Part shown: in pieces, positions 51,893 to 63,932 of the stretch
Numbering within the stretch: the first letter of the stretch is position 1
How the letters are laid out: each line of letters starts with the position of its first letter
Assembly: GCA_004297215.1 (NCBI GenBank)
Contig: SCUM01000002.1
Coordinates: 70,270 to 134,269 of the forward strand
Source: Patescibacteria group bacterium
Lineage (GTDB): Bacteria; Patescibacteriota; Patescibacteriia; UBA9934; GWF2-40-263
Length of the DNA stretch: 64,000 nt
Reading direction: 5' to 3'
The notes under the pieces: generated by a model
Seen by the model: the letters and a program-made list of their open reading frames with translations, nothing else
The model's database searches: none
What the model was told of the DNA's origin: nothing
Translations under genes and position numbers: made by a program

Positions 51893-51895
51893 ACT

Positions 51896-52243
51896 TCAGC
51901 TGCGTCGCTGGTCCGACCTATACATCCAATATATCATCAGGACGATTGGATAGAGTGGAAAGAAAAGTACGAGCGCATCGAGAAGCTGGTTGCGAGGACT
52001 ACTTCTATCATTGAACAGGCTTAAGCAACCAATGCACGAATCCGTGTTTACTCCCGCATCAAAATAAAAAGGAAGCGGCCACCCCCATTGTCGTTGATCC
52101 TCCTCACAAAATTCAAAACGACATGGCTTTGGATATCGATGCTGCGAATCGACGCGCTGCTCGACCACCAACGTCGCATACGTTCCGAACCAGGCCAAAA
52201 CGGCTGTCAGCCCCAAAAGCCACCCGAGTTTTTTGAGTTTCAT
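51896..52243 (-). CDS. Hypothetical membrane protein (low GC)
   Basis: Two TM segments, GWPLPF motif, Cys pairs. Confidence 0.65.
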   Translation of the reverse strand: MKLKKLGWLLGLTAVLAWFGTYATLVVEQRVDSQHRYPKPCRFEFCEEDQRQWGWPLPFYFDAGVNTDSCIGCLSLFNDRSSPRNQLLDALVLFFPLYPIVLMIYWMYRSDQRRS

Positions 52244-52248
52244 TTTCG

Positions 52249-52926
52249 TCACAACCCCTCCCCGAACGTGTCCTTCCAATACTCGATTTCCTTCTTCACT
52301 TCCTCCAATTCCGGATCCTGCTCGGTGACCGAAAACCCTTCGCGAAAACGCTCCACCTTTGAGAGGATCTCATCCTTCCATTTGGGGTCCTTGTCCGCGA
52401 GCGCCTCGAGCTCGTCGATCTTCGCCTTGATCTCTTCGGCATGCTCCTGCCACTTCGCCACCAGCTTCTTGTACTTCTCCGACAAAGGATCGATCGCCTT
52501 CGCCATCTCCTCGCGCACGTGGTCGGCCGCGTCGAGCAACCCGTCTTCCACCTGATAGCGCTCCGGGCCCGTGAACTCGGTCTCGAACAGGTCGCTTCGG
52601 ACGATCTCGACGAGCGGGACGCCGGCGTCCAGATGCTTCTTGAGCTTCGTACGCACGTTCTCGTCCACATGCTCGAGCACGAGCGCGAGGCGCGTATCCT
52701 CCTCGAGCTTCCCGGCCATTTCCTGGCTGGCCTTGCGATGCGGATACTCGGCCATGCCCGTTTGCGCGAGCGCGGCCTCGATTTCCTCCTGGGAGGCGTT
52801 CTCGTTGCCGAGCAGCTCGGCATGCCGCTTGAGCGCCTGCGCCTTCACCTCCGGCGGGACGGAGGGGACGATGTGGTCGATGGCGATCTGGAACTCCTTG
52901 AGGATCGAGGCGTGAGGATGGGACAT
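52249..52926 (-). CDS. Hypothetical alpha-helical protein
   Basis: 225-aa ORF with host-like codon usage. Confidence 0.8.
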   Translation of the reverse strand: MSHPHASILKEFQIAIDHIVPSVPPEVKAQALKRHAELLGNENASQEEIEAALAQTGMAEYPHRKASQEMAGKLEEDTRLALVLEHVDENVRTKLKKHLDAGVPLVEIVRSDLFETEFTGPERYQVEDGLLDAADHVREEMAKAIDPLSEKYKKLVAKWQEHAEEIKAKIDELEALADKDPKWKDEILSKVERFREGFSVTEQDPELEEVKKEIEYWKDTFGEGL

Positions 52927-52934
52927 AACGGATT

Positions 52935-53027
52935 GGTTTGAAGGGTGGGAAGGGTTTGAAGGGAAAAACGGAGACAGGAGGATTATCCACCACCCTTACG
53001 ACCCTTACAACCCTTCAGACCCTTCCC
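52935..53027. repeat. Inverted nonamer arrays (AAGGG / CCCTT)
   Basis: GAAGGG x3 at 9-bp period, then ACCCTT x4 at 9-bp period. Confidence 0.75.
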
Positions 53028-53069
53028 AATGAAAAAGCCGCCCATGTTCCCATGGACGGCCAGACACAC

Positions 53070-54377
53070 TCACGCGGCGACGAGCGTCGAGCGCGGCAGC
53101 GGCTTGGCACGGACCACCGTCCCCCATTTCGGACGTGCCACCGCATCACGGTCTTGGATCAGGAGGTCCCCGTCGTCGGACCTGTACATCACGACCGGCG
53201 CCGGGGCGCCGAGCAGGTCCCACGCGCGCGCCGCGCCCTTCGGGAGCAACTCCGGGAACAGCGTGGCGAGAGCCAGCCCTTCGCGGGGGAACAGGGATTC
53301 CTCCATCGGCGACAACGACTCGATCGCGACCGAAGGGTCCACTCCCAGGTAATTTCCCCCGTCGTCACAGAAGATCCAGTACGGGTCCGACCCCTTCATC
53401 GGATACCCCTCTTCCAGGTCGTCTTCCCACATGTCGCTCAGCCAGTCCGCCTTCGCGGCCACCGCCGCGTCGATAAGCGGGACGTCCGGGAGCACGAGCG
53501 CCACGTACCGATACCGCAACATCCACGACAGCGGGATGTCCGGGATCGGCGGCACCTTGGCACGCAGCGCCTCCAGGCTGCCGCGCTCTCCCTGACGCAA
53601 GGCCTGCGGCGCGCACGCCGCGAACGCCGCATGCATCCGCCTGATCAACAGGTCGGACAGCTCCTTGTCGACGTACCATTCCCCGCCGCACAAGATGCCG
53701 CGCCGCTTTGGCATGAGCATCAATGGGCGTGCGACGGGCGGCGTTCGCGTCTTCGCCCGCTTGGGAGGCTTCCCGAGCGCGCTCACGACCGTCGGGCTGG
53801 CCACGGAGGGCGGGGCGACCGTCCTCCCCGGCTCCTTCTTCGTGGGCTCCGGAACGGTCGGGAGGCGGGACGCCACGGGGGGCGCGACGCGGGGGGGAAG
53901 CACCTGACTGATCATGATCGCGGGATCGGTGGGGACGTCGTCGAACCCATCGTCCAGCGACACATCGAATCCCTCATCCAGCGCCTGCATCTCAGGATCG
54001 GTTGGAACATCCTCGAATCCCTCATCCGGCTGGGACTCGGCGTGCGCGCTCACTCCCCGCGCCGTCGTCGGCTTGGGGTCGACATGGGGCGCCGAGTCAG
54101 CGGCGATGTCCGGCTCGGGCGCCGTGAAGCGGATCTGCGACGGAACGGGAGAGGGCGGCGTCTTTTCGTCAAACCCGTCCTCTTCGATCGGCTCCGTGTC
54201 CGTGACGGGTGCCGTGAAGCGGACGGGAACGGGCGGCTTCGGGACGATCGGGAACGCCGGAGGCGCCTTCGACTCCGCCTGCCGGTATCCCGCAAGAAGA
54301 CGCAGGTTCTTTCGCACGTCCCTCCAGATGAGGAGGAGCAACGTCGTGTGCATGAGAGCGATGAAATACAGTGACAT
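53070..54377 (-). CDS. Hypothetical protein with N-terminal TM and Pro/acidic repeat linker
   Basis: GAGGAG SD; DEGF.DVPTDP repeats; promoter TTGACA-17-TAGCTT at 54448-54476. Confidence 0.7.
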   Translation of the reverse strand: MSLYFIALMHTTLLLLIWRDVRKNLRLLAGYRQAESKAPPAFPIVPKPPVPVRFTAPVTDTEPIEEDGFDEKTPPSPVPSQIRFTAPEPDIAADSAPHVDPKPTTARGVSAHAESQPDEGFEDVPTDPEMQALDEGFDVSLDDGFDDVPTDPAIMISQVLPPRVAPPVASRLPTVPEPTKKEPGRTVAPPSVASPTVVSALGKPPKRAKTRTPPVARPLMLMPKRRGILCGGEWYVDKELSDLLIRRMHAAFAACAPQALRQGERGSLEALRAKVPPIPDIPLSWMLRYRYVALVLPDVPLIDAAVAAKADWLSDMWEDDLEEGYPMKGSDPYWIFCDDGGNYLGVDPSVAIESLSPMEESLFPREGLALATLFPELLPKGAARAWDLLGAPAPVVMYRSDDGDLLIQDRDAVARPKWGTVVRAKPLPRSTLVAA

Positions 54378-54503
54378 GCGACTCCTCGATTGTGAAGGAA
54401 TGGGATACGGGGCCGCCGTATCGGGTTTTTCACGCGAAAAACATCTTAAGCTAGCCGATTTTGAGTGCCCTGTCAAGCGAAACACCTGAAAGAGGGCTGA
54501 TTC

Positions 54504-54532
54504 TTGCCTAATTCCGGCCCTTCCGCTACACT
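54504..54532 (+). promoter_or_regulatory. Sigma70 promoter for rpsA
   Basis: TTGCCT-17-TACACT. Confidence 0.6.
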
Positions 54533-54569
54533 CGCCTCACTTATTAACTCTTAGCACCGATGGGACCAG

Positions 54570-54642
54570 AGGCATGAAGGCCGCAGGCGAGAAGGCATGA
54601 GGGTATTTCCCTGAAGCCTTGTCCGCCTAAAGCCTGAGGCCT
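54570..54642 (+). repeat. AGGC/GCCT periodic hairpin element upstream of rpsA
   Basis: Homologous to 58677-58746; shared CCCTGAAGCCTTGTCCGCCT. Confidence 0.8.
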
Positions 54643-54663
54643 TCGCTCCTCCCGGAACACGCT

Positions 54664-55788
54664 ATGTCCACGATGCAGAACGCCGCCTCCAAGTCCCCCG
54701 AGCTCGCCAAGCTCCTCGAGGAGGGGCCGTACTTGAACATTCCCGCCACCGGTGACGTGGTGAAGGGCAAGATCGTCACCGCCAGCCGCCGCGAGGTGAA
54801 GGTGGACCTTGGCGGCATCCTCACGGGCGTCGTGCGCGGGCGCGAGCTGTTCGCCGAGTCGTCCGACTACGCGAACCTCGCCGTCGGCTCCGAGGTGGAG
54901 GCCACGGTGATCGACCTCGAGAACGAGAACGGCGAGATCGAGCTTTCCTTCCGCTTCGCCGGCCAGAAGAAGGCGTGGGAGGAGCTGAAGCGCCTGTTCA
55001 CGACCGGCGAGCCGGTGGAAGGCCGCATCCTCGAGGCCAACAAGGGCGGATTGCTCGTGAAGGTGGGCCACGTGACCGGCTTCCTGCCCGTCTCCCAGCT
55101 CTCCCCGGAGCACTACCCGCGCGTGTCCGGCGGCGACAAGAACAAGATCCTCGAGAAGCTCAAGACCTACGTGGGCAACGGGCTCGACGTGAAGGTGATC
55201 GACGTGAACGAGGCCGACGAGAAGCTGATCGTCTCCGAGAAGGCCGTGTGGGAGGAGAAGCAGAAGAACGTGCTGGCCAAGTTCAAGGTGGGCAACCGGG
55301 TGACGGGCGAAGTGACCGCGCTCGCGGACTTCGGCGCGTTCGTGCGCTTCGACGCGCTCGAGGGCCTGGTGCACATCAGCGAGATCGCCTGGCAGCGCAT
55401 CGACCACCCGCGCGACGTGCTCAAGGTGGGAGCGCTCGTGGACGCCGAGATCATCGGCATCGAGGGAAGCAAGATCTTCCTGTCCATGAAGAAGCTGATC
55501 GAGGACCCCTGGAAGAACATCGGCGCCAAGTACAAGGTGGGCGACGCCGTCGAGGGCACCGTCCTCAAGGTGAACCCGTTCGGGTTCTTCGTGGAGCTGG
55601 ATCCGGAAATCCACGGCCTCGCGCACGTGAGCGAGCTGTCCGAGACCCCGGTCGCCGACATCAACGCGCTCGGGAAGCCCGGCGACAAGATGACCTTCAA
55701 GATCGTCTCCATCGAGCCCGCCGAGCACCGCCTCGGCCTCTCCATCAAGGCCCTCACGGCAAAGCCCGAGGAGAAACCGACCGAATAA
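54664..55788 (+). CDS. rpsA: 30S ribosomal protein S1 (four S1 domains)
   Basis: NKGGL, GFLPVSQL, FGAFV..EGLVHISE, GLAHVSE. Confidence 0.95.
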   Translation: MSTMQNAASKSPELAKLLEEGPYLNIPATGDVVKGKIVTASRREVKVDLGGILTGVVRGRELFAESSDYANLAVGSEVEATVIDLENENGEIELSFRFAGQKKAWEELKRLFTTGEPVEGRILEANKGGLLVKVGHVTGFLPVSQLSPEHYPRVSGGDKNKILEKLKTYVGNGLDVKVIDVNEADEKLIVSEKAVWEEKQKNVLAKFKVGNRVTGEVTALADFGAFVRFDALEGLVHISEIAWQRIDHPRDVLKVGALVDAEIIGIEGSKIFLSMKKLIEDPWKNIGAKYKVGDAVEGTVLKVNPFGFFVELDPEIHGLAHVSELSETPVADINALGKPGDKMTFKIVSIEPAEHRLGLSIKALTAKPEEKPTE

Positions 55789-55827
55789 TTTGATCCTTCA
55801 AGTTTTGGTTCTTCAAGTTCTCATCGC

Positions 55828-57651
<1,824 letters not shown>

Positions 57652-57678
57652 CCAACCGACGACCCATAGTGGAGGACT

Positions 57679-58659
57679 ATGGCTGCCAAGCCCACCCCGA
57701 CGTATCGCCCCTTGCTGCGCGAGGCCCTTCGCCTCACGTGGGAGCGCAAGTCGCTGTGGGTTTTCGGTCTGTTCGCGAGCCTCCTTTCTACCGGCGGGAT
57801 CGTGGACGTGGGCGCGCGTGGCCTGCGCCGGGTAGAGGACGGGAGCGACCTGTTGCTGAACGTCGTGAACGATACCTTCACCGGGGCCGACACCTTCGGC
57901 GCGTGGATCCGCCAGGTGGAGCTGCTCGAGCCCGGTCGCGTCACCCTCACGGTGACCGCCGCGTTCGTGCTGGTCCTCGCCGCGCTCGTGGCCGCGTTCC
58001 TCTCCCAGGCCGCGCTCATCCGGGGTCTCGCCTGCACGGACCCGCAGCCGTTCCATCACCACATGCGCGAGGGCCGGCCATTCTTCTGGCGCCTGGTGTG
58101 CCTCACCCTCGCCGGCAAAGCCGCCCAGGGGGTGCTCCTGCTCATGGCGTCCCTCCCGCTCGTCCTCGTCGTCGCGCGCGGCACATACGCGGACGGGCTC
58201 CTGTTCGTCGCCTGCTTCCTGATCGCCTTCCCGCTGTCCATCATCGCGAACCTCGTCACGGCGCTCGCGGTGATTGACGTCGTGCGCGACGACCGGAGCG
58301 CGGCACATGCCCTCTTGCACGCTGCGGGCCGCTTTGCCGGCCACTGGCTCGCCGCGCTTGAGCTGGGCGCCGTGGCGTACCTCGCGATCACCGGCCTTTG
58401 GGTGATAGGCGGGGCGGCCATCATCCTCGCCTCCTTGCCCTACGGCGCGCTCGTGGCGCTTGCCCTCTATCTGGGTTCGCCCGTCCTGTTCGGCCTCGTG
58501 ACCGTGGCGTTCGGCATCGTCGTGGGCGCGATCGCCTTCGCGGCCATCGGGGCGGCCACCACGCTCCAATATGCCGTTTGGCTGCGATATTCCCTTCGCG
58601 CCGAAAACAGGCGATCCCCCCTGGTCGCGAAACTCGAGAGGCTCTGGCGGAAGTGGTAG
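57679..58659 (+). CDS. Polytopic membrane protein
   Basis: Multiple TM segments; LWVFGLFA motif. Confidence 0.8.
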   Translation: MAAKPTPTYRPLLREALRLTWERKSLWVFGLFASLLSTGGIVDVGARGLRRVEDGSDLLLNVVNDTFTGADTFGAWIRQVELLEPGRVTLTVTAAFVLVLAALVAAFLSQAALIRGLACTDPQPFHHHMREGRPFFWRLVCLTLAGKAAQGVLLLMASLPLVLVVARGTYADGLLFVACFLIAFPLSIIANLVTALAVIDVVRDDRSAAHALLHAAGRFAGHWLAALELGAVAYLAITGLWVIGGAAIILASLPYGALVALALYLGSPVLFGLVTVAFGIVVGAIAFAAIGAATTLQYAVWLRYSLRAENRRSPLVAKLERLWRKW

Positions 58660-58676
58660 CAAAGCCATAGAATGCA

Positions 58677-58746
58677 AGGCATTAGGCCGCAGGCGTGAAG
58701 GCCGCAGGAAGTCCCTGAAGCCTTGTCCGCCTGAGGCCTGAAGCCT
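58677..58746 (+). repeat. AGGC/GCCT periodic hairpin element upstream of second pilB
   Basis: Homologous to 54570-54642. Confidence 0.8.
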
Positions 58747-58755
58747 TTTGTTGTT

Positions 58756-60468
58756 ATGGAGACACAAAGCATCGAATCCCTGCTGAAGAAGACCGGGGCC
58801 GCCACGGCCGCCGGTGGCGTCGTAGAGGGGAAATTCGAGGAGAAGATGCATGAGATCCGCCTGCGGGAAAAGGAAGAGGAAACGCAGAAAACTGCGGCGG
58901 CGACCGGCATCCCCTATGTGAACCTGAAAGGGTTCCCCATCTCCCCGGAGGCGATCTCCCTGATCCCGCGCGAACAGGCCAGCGCCCTCAAGGCCATCTG
59001 CTTCCTGTATACGGGCGCCGACGTGCGCCTCGCGAGCGTCACCCCCGAGGACCCGGCCGTGAAGGAACTGCTCTATCAGCTTGAGGAACGCCTCGACGCC
59101 AAGGGCGGCCTCTATCTCATCTCCGAGGAGAGCTTCCGCATGGCCGACAAGCTCTACGACGCGCTCCCCAAGGTGCGCGCCATCGTGAAGGGGGTGAAAG
59201 TGACGGATGAGGAGCTGGCGCGGTTCCAGTCCGAGCTCAAGGGCTATGCCGACATCGCGCGCGTGCTCGGGAAGGCCTCGGTCACCGACGTGCTTACGAT
59301 CGTGATGGCCGCGGCGTTCGCGTTCGGCACGAGCGACGTGCACATCGAGGCGGAGGAGAAGGGCGTGGCCGTGCGCCTGCGCATCGACGGCGAGCTGCAG
59401 GACGTGGCCACGCTCCCGCACGAGATGTGGAAGAAGCTCATCGCGCGCGTGAAGCTGGTGAGCGGGCTCAAGATCAACGTCACCGAACGGCCCCAGGACG
59501 GACGTTTCACCATCTTCCTCAAGGGGGGCGACACGGACGTGCGCGTATCGAGCATCCCCACCAATTGGGGGGAATCGGTCGTGATGCGCCTGCTGAAGCC
59601 CACCTCCATCGCGGTCGATTTCGCCGCGCTCGGGTTCCGCGCGCCGGTGGGCGCCAAGCTCGAGCGCGAGATCGGGAAGCCGCACGGCATGGTGATCACC
59701 ACGGGCCCCACCGGAAGCGGCAAGACCACCACGCTCTACGCCATCCTGCGCAAGCTCAACACCGCGGACGTGAAGATCATCACGCTCGAGGACCCGATCG
59801 AATACAAGCTCGAGGGGATCAACCAGTCGCAGATCGACCAGTCGAAGAACTACACCTTCGCCTCGGGGCTGCGAAGCATCCTGCGCCAGGACCCCGACGT
59901 GGTGATGGTGGGCGAAATCCGCGACCTCGAGACGGCCGAGGTGGCGATCAATGCCGCGCTCACCGGCCACCTGATGCTCTCCACCCTGCACACCAACGAC
60001 GCCTCCGGCGCGCTCCCCCGTTTCATCTCCATGGGCGTGAAGCCGTTCCTCATCGCCCCGGCGCTCAACGCCATCATCGGCCAACGCTTGGTGCGCAAGA
60101 TCCACGAGGCGTGCAAGGAGCCGTTCACGCCTCCGAGCGAGCAGATCGAGACGGCCAAGAGGATCCTCGCGAACCTCCCGGCCGCTTCCGGAGAAACCGT
60201 CCCTCCACCGGAACAATGGAAATTCTTCCACGGCAAGGGGTGCGACGCGTGCAACGGCTCGGGCTTCAAAGGTCGCGTGGGCGCCTACGAAGTGCTCGTG
60301 ATGGACGACACGATCCGCGAAGCGCTCACGGAGACGCTCTCGGAATACAAGGTGCGCGAGCTCGCCAAGACGCAAGGGATGGTGACGATGCCCCAAGACG
60401 GGATGCTGAAGGCGCTCGACGGGCTCACCACCATCGAAGAGGTGCTGCGCAACGTGGGCGAAGGATAG
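58756..60468 (+). CDS. pilB: PilB/GspE-family assembly ATPase (full length)
   Basis: SDVHIE, PQDGR, GPTGSGKTT, RQDPD, LHTND. Confidence 0.95.
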   Translation: METQSIESLLKKTGAATAAGGVVEGKFEEKMHEIRLREKEEETQKTAAATGIPYVNLKGFPISPEAISLIPREQASALKAICFLYTGADVRLASVTPEDPAVKELLYQLEERLDAKGGLYLISEESFRMADKLYDALPKVRAIVKGVKVTDEELARFQSELKGYADIARVLGKASVTDVLTIVMAAAFAFGTSDVHIEAEEKGVAVRLRIDGELQDVATLPHEMWKKLIARVKLVSGLKINVTERPQDGRFTIFLKGGDTDVRVSSIPTNWGESVVMRLLKPTSIAVDFAALGFRAPVGAKLEREIGKPHGMVITTGPTGSGKTTTLYAILRKLNTADVKIITLEDPIEYKLEGINQSQIDQSKNYTFASGLRSILRQDPDVVMVGEIRDLETAEVAINAALTGHLMLSTLHTNDASGALPRFISMGVKPFLIAPALNAIIGQRLVRKIHEACKEPFTPPSEQIETAKRILANLPAASGETVPPPEQWKFFHGKGCDACNGSGFKGRVGAYEVLVMDDTIREALTETLSEYKVRELAKTQGMVTMPQDGMLKALDGLTTIEEVLRNVGEG

Positions 60469-60488
60469 GGAACGAAAAACGACCGCGA

Positions 60489-60926
60489 TCAGGCGGTCGT
60501 CTTTTCGACGGTGATTTCCCGCGGATCCGTCCCCGTCCCACGGATCGCCACGCGGACGACCGGCGTGCCGGGCGATACGGGCAGCGTCTCGGGCGGCCAC
60601 TCGGCGGCCACCACCGCGTCGGCGCGGCCGAGCCAGTCCTCAAGGCCGAGCGCGTGCACCTCTTCGGGCTTCGCAAGGCGATAGAAATCGAGGTGGACGA
60701 GCTGCTTCACGGACGGATGGTCCGTCGGATAGATGTTCATGACGGTGAACGTTGGCGAACGGGCGGACGTTTTCGCGCCAAGCGCCTCGGCGAGCCCCTG
60801 GACGAACGTCGTCTTGCCGGCCCCGAGCGCGCCGTCGAGCAAGACGAGTTCGCCGCCCGTGAGCGTCAACGCAAGGTCCTTCGCGACCCGCTTCGTCTCA
60901 TCGGCCGTCCGACAAATCTTTTCCAT
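60489..60926 (-). CDS. tsaE: tRNA threonylcarbamoyladenosine biosynthesis ATPase
   Basis: GALGAGKT, SPTF, HLDFYRL, EW. Confidence 0.96.
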   Translation of the reverse strand: MEKICRTADETKRVAKDLALTLTGGELVLLDGALGAGKTTFVQGLAEALGAKTSARSPTFTVMNIYPTDHPSVKQLVHLDFYRLAKPEEVHALGLEDWLGRADAVVAAEWPPETLPVSPGTPVVRVAIRGTGTDPREITVEKTTA

Positions 60927-60931
60927 ACCCT

Positions 60932-61954
60932 TCAAACCCTTTTCGCTAACCGCATGTTCGGGTCCGCCGCGAGCGTGAGCGGGTCCGTGAAATCCTTGGC
61001 GAGCGCGCGGAACGACCCGGCGGCCGCGATCATCGCCGCGTTGTCGCCGGTGAACGCGAGGTCGGGAACATGATACGTCGCGTCAGGCCGCGCCGAGGCG
61101 ACGGCATCGCCAAGGCGCGCGCGCAACGACGCGTTGGCGGCCACGCCGCCGACGAGGCTGACGGACGCCGGATGATGTTTCATGACCGCCGCGACCGTCT
61201 TCGTCACAAGCGTATCCACGACCGCTTCCTGGAACGAGGCGGACACGTCAGCGACCGACGCGTCAGGGTGCTGCTCAAGATAGACGGCAACGGCCGTCTT
61301 CAATCCGGAAAAGCTGAAGTCCAGGTCCCCGCTCTCGAGCATCGGCCGCGGGAACGCGATGGTGGACGGGTCGCCTTCTTTCGCAAGCTTGGAAATCGCC
61401 GGCCCGCCCGGATACGGGAGCCCGAGCAGTTTCGCCACCTTATCAAACGCCTCGCCGGCCGCATCATCGCGCGTGGCGCCGAGCAGCTCGTACTGCCCGT
61501 GACCCGTCATCAGGATGAGTTCCGTATGTCCGCCGCTGACGAGCAGCGCAAGGCAGGGAAACGCCGGATCCATTTCAGCCCCCCCTCGAAGCCACACGCT
61601 ATACAGATGCCCTTCCAAGTGGTTCACGGCCACCAGAGGCTTTTTCCACGCCCAGGCGAGCGTCTTTGCCGCTTCGACGCCCACGCGCAGCGCCGGGACG
61701 AGCCCGGGGCCGGCCGTGACCGCAATCGCGTCAATCCCCTTCCCGTCGCGCGGCACGCCCAGCTGCTCAAGGAGCGGGAACAGGACGTCCACATGGCTGC
61801 GCGCCGCCACCTCGGGGACGACCCCGCCATACTTCACGTGGATGTCGACTTGCGAAGAGACGAGGCTTGAGACGACGCGAACCTTGCCGTCCTCGTTGTC
61901 CACGAGGGCGACCGCGGTCTCGTCGCAACTGGTCTCGATGCCGAGGATGCGCAT
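60932..61954 (-). CDS. tsaD: tRNA N6-threonylcarbamoyltransferase
   Basis: GIETSCDET, HLEGH, SGGHT, DDAAGEAFDK, DNAAMI. Confidence 0.98.
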   Translation of the reverse strand: MRILGIETSCDETAVALVDNEDGKVRVVSSLVSSQVDIHVKYGGVVPEVAARSHVDVLFPLLEQLGVPRDGKGIDAIAVTAGPGLVPALRVGVEAAKTLAWAWKKPLVAVNHLEGHLYSVWLRGGAEMDPAFPCLALLVSGGHTELILMTGHGQYELLGATRDDAAGEAFDKVAKLLGLPYPGGPAISKLAKEGDPSTIAFPRPMLESGDLDFSFSGLKTAVAVYLEQHPDASVADVSASFQEAVVDTLVTKTVAAVMKHHPASVSLVGGVAANASLRARLGDAVASARPDATYHVPDLAFTGDNAAMIAAAGSFRALAKDFTDPLTLAADPNMRLAKRV

Positions 61955-61985
61955 ATCGACGCGTCATCCTATGATACCAAGAGGC

Positions 61986-62014
61986 TTGACGCAAGGGTGT
62001 TTTCTTCGTATTCT
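61986..62014 (+). promoter_or_regulatory. Sigma70 promoter for tRNA-Glu
   Basis: TTGACG-17-TATTCT. Confidence 0.7.
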
Positions 62015-62026
62015 CCCCGCATTGCC

Positions 62027-62101
62027 GGCCCCATCGTCTAGCGGTTAGGACATCGCCCTTTCAAGGCGGTAATGCGGGTTCGACTCCCGCTGGGGTCACC
62101 A
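62027..62101 (+). tRNA. tRNA-Glu(TTC)
   Basis: Cloverleaf, loop CT-TTC-AA, CCA end. Confidence 0.97.
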
Positions 62102-62104
62102 CCA

Positions 62105-62135
62105 AAAAACCGTCCTCCACGAGGACGGTTTTTTG
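62105..62135. terminator. Bidirectional terminator
   Basis: AAAAAACCGTCCT..AGGACGGTTTTTT. Confidence 0.85.
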
Positions 62136-62138
62136 CCG

Positions 62139-63932
62139 TCAGGCCGTCGGCGGCTTCTTTTTCGCCTTTCGCTTTTGCACGGCGGTCTGCACGAGGCGCA
62201 CCACCTTGGGGCGGCGAACCTCGCCGCGCTCCTTGTCGCGCTCGATGCGCTGCACCTCCATCTCGAGCTCTTCCTCGTTTTCCTTGATGTCCTTCTTCAG
62301 TTCCGCCAGGGTCTCGTCGCGGCGGAGGATCTCGGCGGTGCGCTCCACGTGCGCATGGCTCACGCGGCTTTCGGTGACCAGGAGGCTCGAGAGCCACAGG
62401 AGCTTGCGCCAGATGAAGGCGAGCAGCCAGCCGGCGGTGAACAGGAGCGAGAGCAGCACCACCATGGTGACGAGCAGGCGCACGGCCATGTTGCCGATCT
62501 CCTCCACCGACGCGGCCACCACGCGCAGCGGCTTCTCCTCGGACGGGAGGGTCTGCGCGCCCAGCTCGTCCACGGCCGTCACCCAGATGCGGTAGTCGTC
62601 GCCCTTTTCCAGGTCGCGGTCGTACACGATGGTGTAGAGCCCGCGCACGTCGGCCTGGTCCTGCGCGGTGTCCATCACGCCGGACTCCCCGCGCTGCACC
62701 CACACGTTCACGCGCGCGTTGGGGAACGCCCCGCCGCGAACGATGAGCGGCTCGTCGGAGCGGATGAGCGCGGTGTAGGAATGGATGCTTGGCGCGGGCA
62801 GGGCCGTGACCGTGGCCTGCGCCTCGCGTTCGAGGGAGTTCCCGGCGAGGTCGACGGCGCGGATCGTGAGCGTGTGCGAGCCGGGCGGGAGCGGCGGCGA
62901 ACGGTACTGGTGCGTTCCCGGATCGACCCAGCGGTCGAACTCGCGCCCTTCCACGAAGATCTCGTAGTGCGAAATGCCGGACGTCGCGTCGTAGGCCGAG
63001 AGCTTGAACCGCGCGAGCGGGTCGTTGGCGCTCACGCTCGGGAGCGCGGTCGCCGTGAAGCTCGACGGGGAGGTGCCGTCCACCTGCACGCGGAAATGCG
63101 AGATGCCGCCCCAGCCGTATTGGTTCTTGGTACGCACGTGGAAATACCAGGCGCCGTCCGTGAGGACCCCCGAAACGAACGAGGATGGGGTCCCGTCGGC
63201 GGCGCTTGCCGGAGTCGAGTTCGGACGACGGTCGAGCAGGTACGCCACGGCGGTCGTCTCGGGCGGGACGTTCCAGGTGAAGGTCGCCACGCGGCCCGGA
63301 TACCACGCCGTGGGACTCGGGTGCGACGGGGAGGCGACCTGCGGCCCGCCCGGGGCGCCTGGAGTCTCTACGGGCGTGGTGGCTTCCGGGACCGGCGGGG
63401 CGACGGAAGGCGCGTTGACGGTGTACGTCCCTTTCGAGAGCCCGGTGATCACGTTCGTCCCCATGCCGTCGTTTGCCAGGATGGCGCCGGAGGAAAACGC
63501 GACGTCGGCGTTGCCGTTCCCCTTGCCGCGCAAGGTGACGGTGAACAATCGCGCGCCCGGCCCTTGATAGCCGGGGTTGAGCACGACCCCTTCGAACCTG
63601 ATGGTCCCGTTCTCGTTGGAATACTCCGGCTGCTGGAGCCACAGCGAGATGACCGAACCGTTGACGGAAACGCCGGACACTTCCAAAAGCTCGGTCGGGA
63701 ACCGGATCGTCCCGTTCACGGCGTTCACGGCCTGGTCCGGGCTCGACAGGAGGACCTCGAGCGTGATCGGGTCATTGATCTCGATTTCGCCGCTGGGCGG
63801 ATTGACGTACATGCTCGCCGCCTGCGCCGCGTGTGCCGCCGACAGGAACGCGCATGACAAGACGAGGCCGAACAGGGCGGCCATCAGCCGGATCAGCGGG
63901 AACGAGGGGTGTTCTTGGGAGGTTTCCTCCAT
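62139..63932 (-). CDS. Surface protein with cohesin-like and Ig-like domains, C-terminal TM and coiled coil
   Basis: Signal peptide, NAVNGTIRF, ILANDGMGT, SPSHP..WY, DATSGISHY, AVDLAGN. Confidence 0.85.
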   Translation of the reverse strand: MEETSQEHPSFPLIRLMAALFGLVLSCAFLSAAHAAQAASMYVNPPSGEIEINDPITLEVLLSSPDQAVNAVNGTIRFPTELLEVSGVSVNGSVISLWLQQPEYSNENGTIRFEGVVLNPGYQGPGARLFTVTLRGKGNGNADVAFSSGAILANDGMGTNVITGLSKGTYTVNAPSVAPPVPEATTPVETPGAPGGPQVASPSHPSPTAWYPGRVATFTWNVPPETTAVAYLLDRRPNSTPASAADGTPSSFVSGVLTDGAWYFHVRTKNQYGWGGISHFRVQVDGTSPSSFTATALPSVSANDPLARFKLSAYDATSGISHYEIFVEGREFDRWVDPGTHQYRSPPLPPGSHTLTIRAVDLAGNSLEREAQATVTALPAPSIHSYTALIRSDEPLIVRGGAFPNARVNVWVQRGESGVMDTAQDQADVRGLYTIVYDRDLEKGDDYRIWVTAVDELGAQTLPSEEKPLRVVAASVEEIGNMAVRLLVTMVVLLSLLFTAGWLLAFIWRKLLWLSSLLVTESRVSHAHVERTAEILRRDETLAELKKDIKENEEELEMEVQRIERDKERGEVRRPKVVRLVQTAVQKRKAKKKPPTA

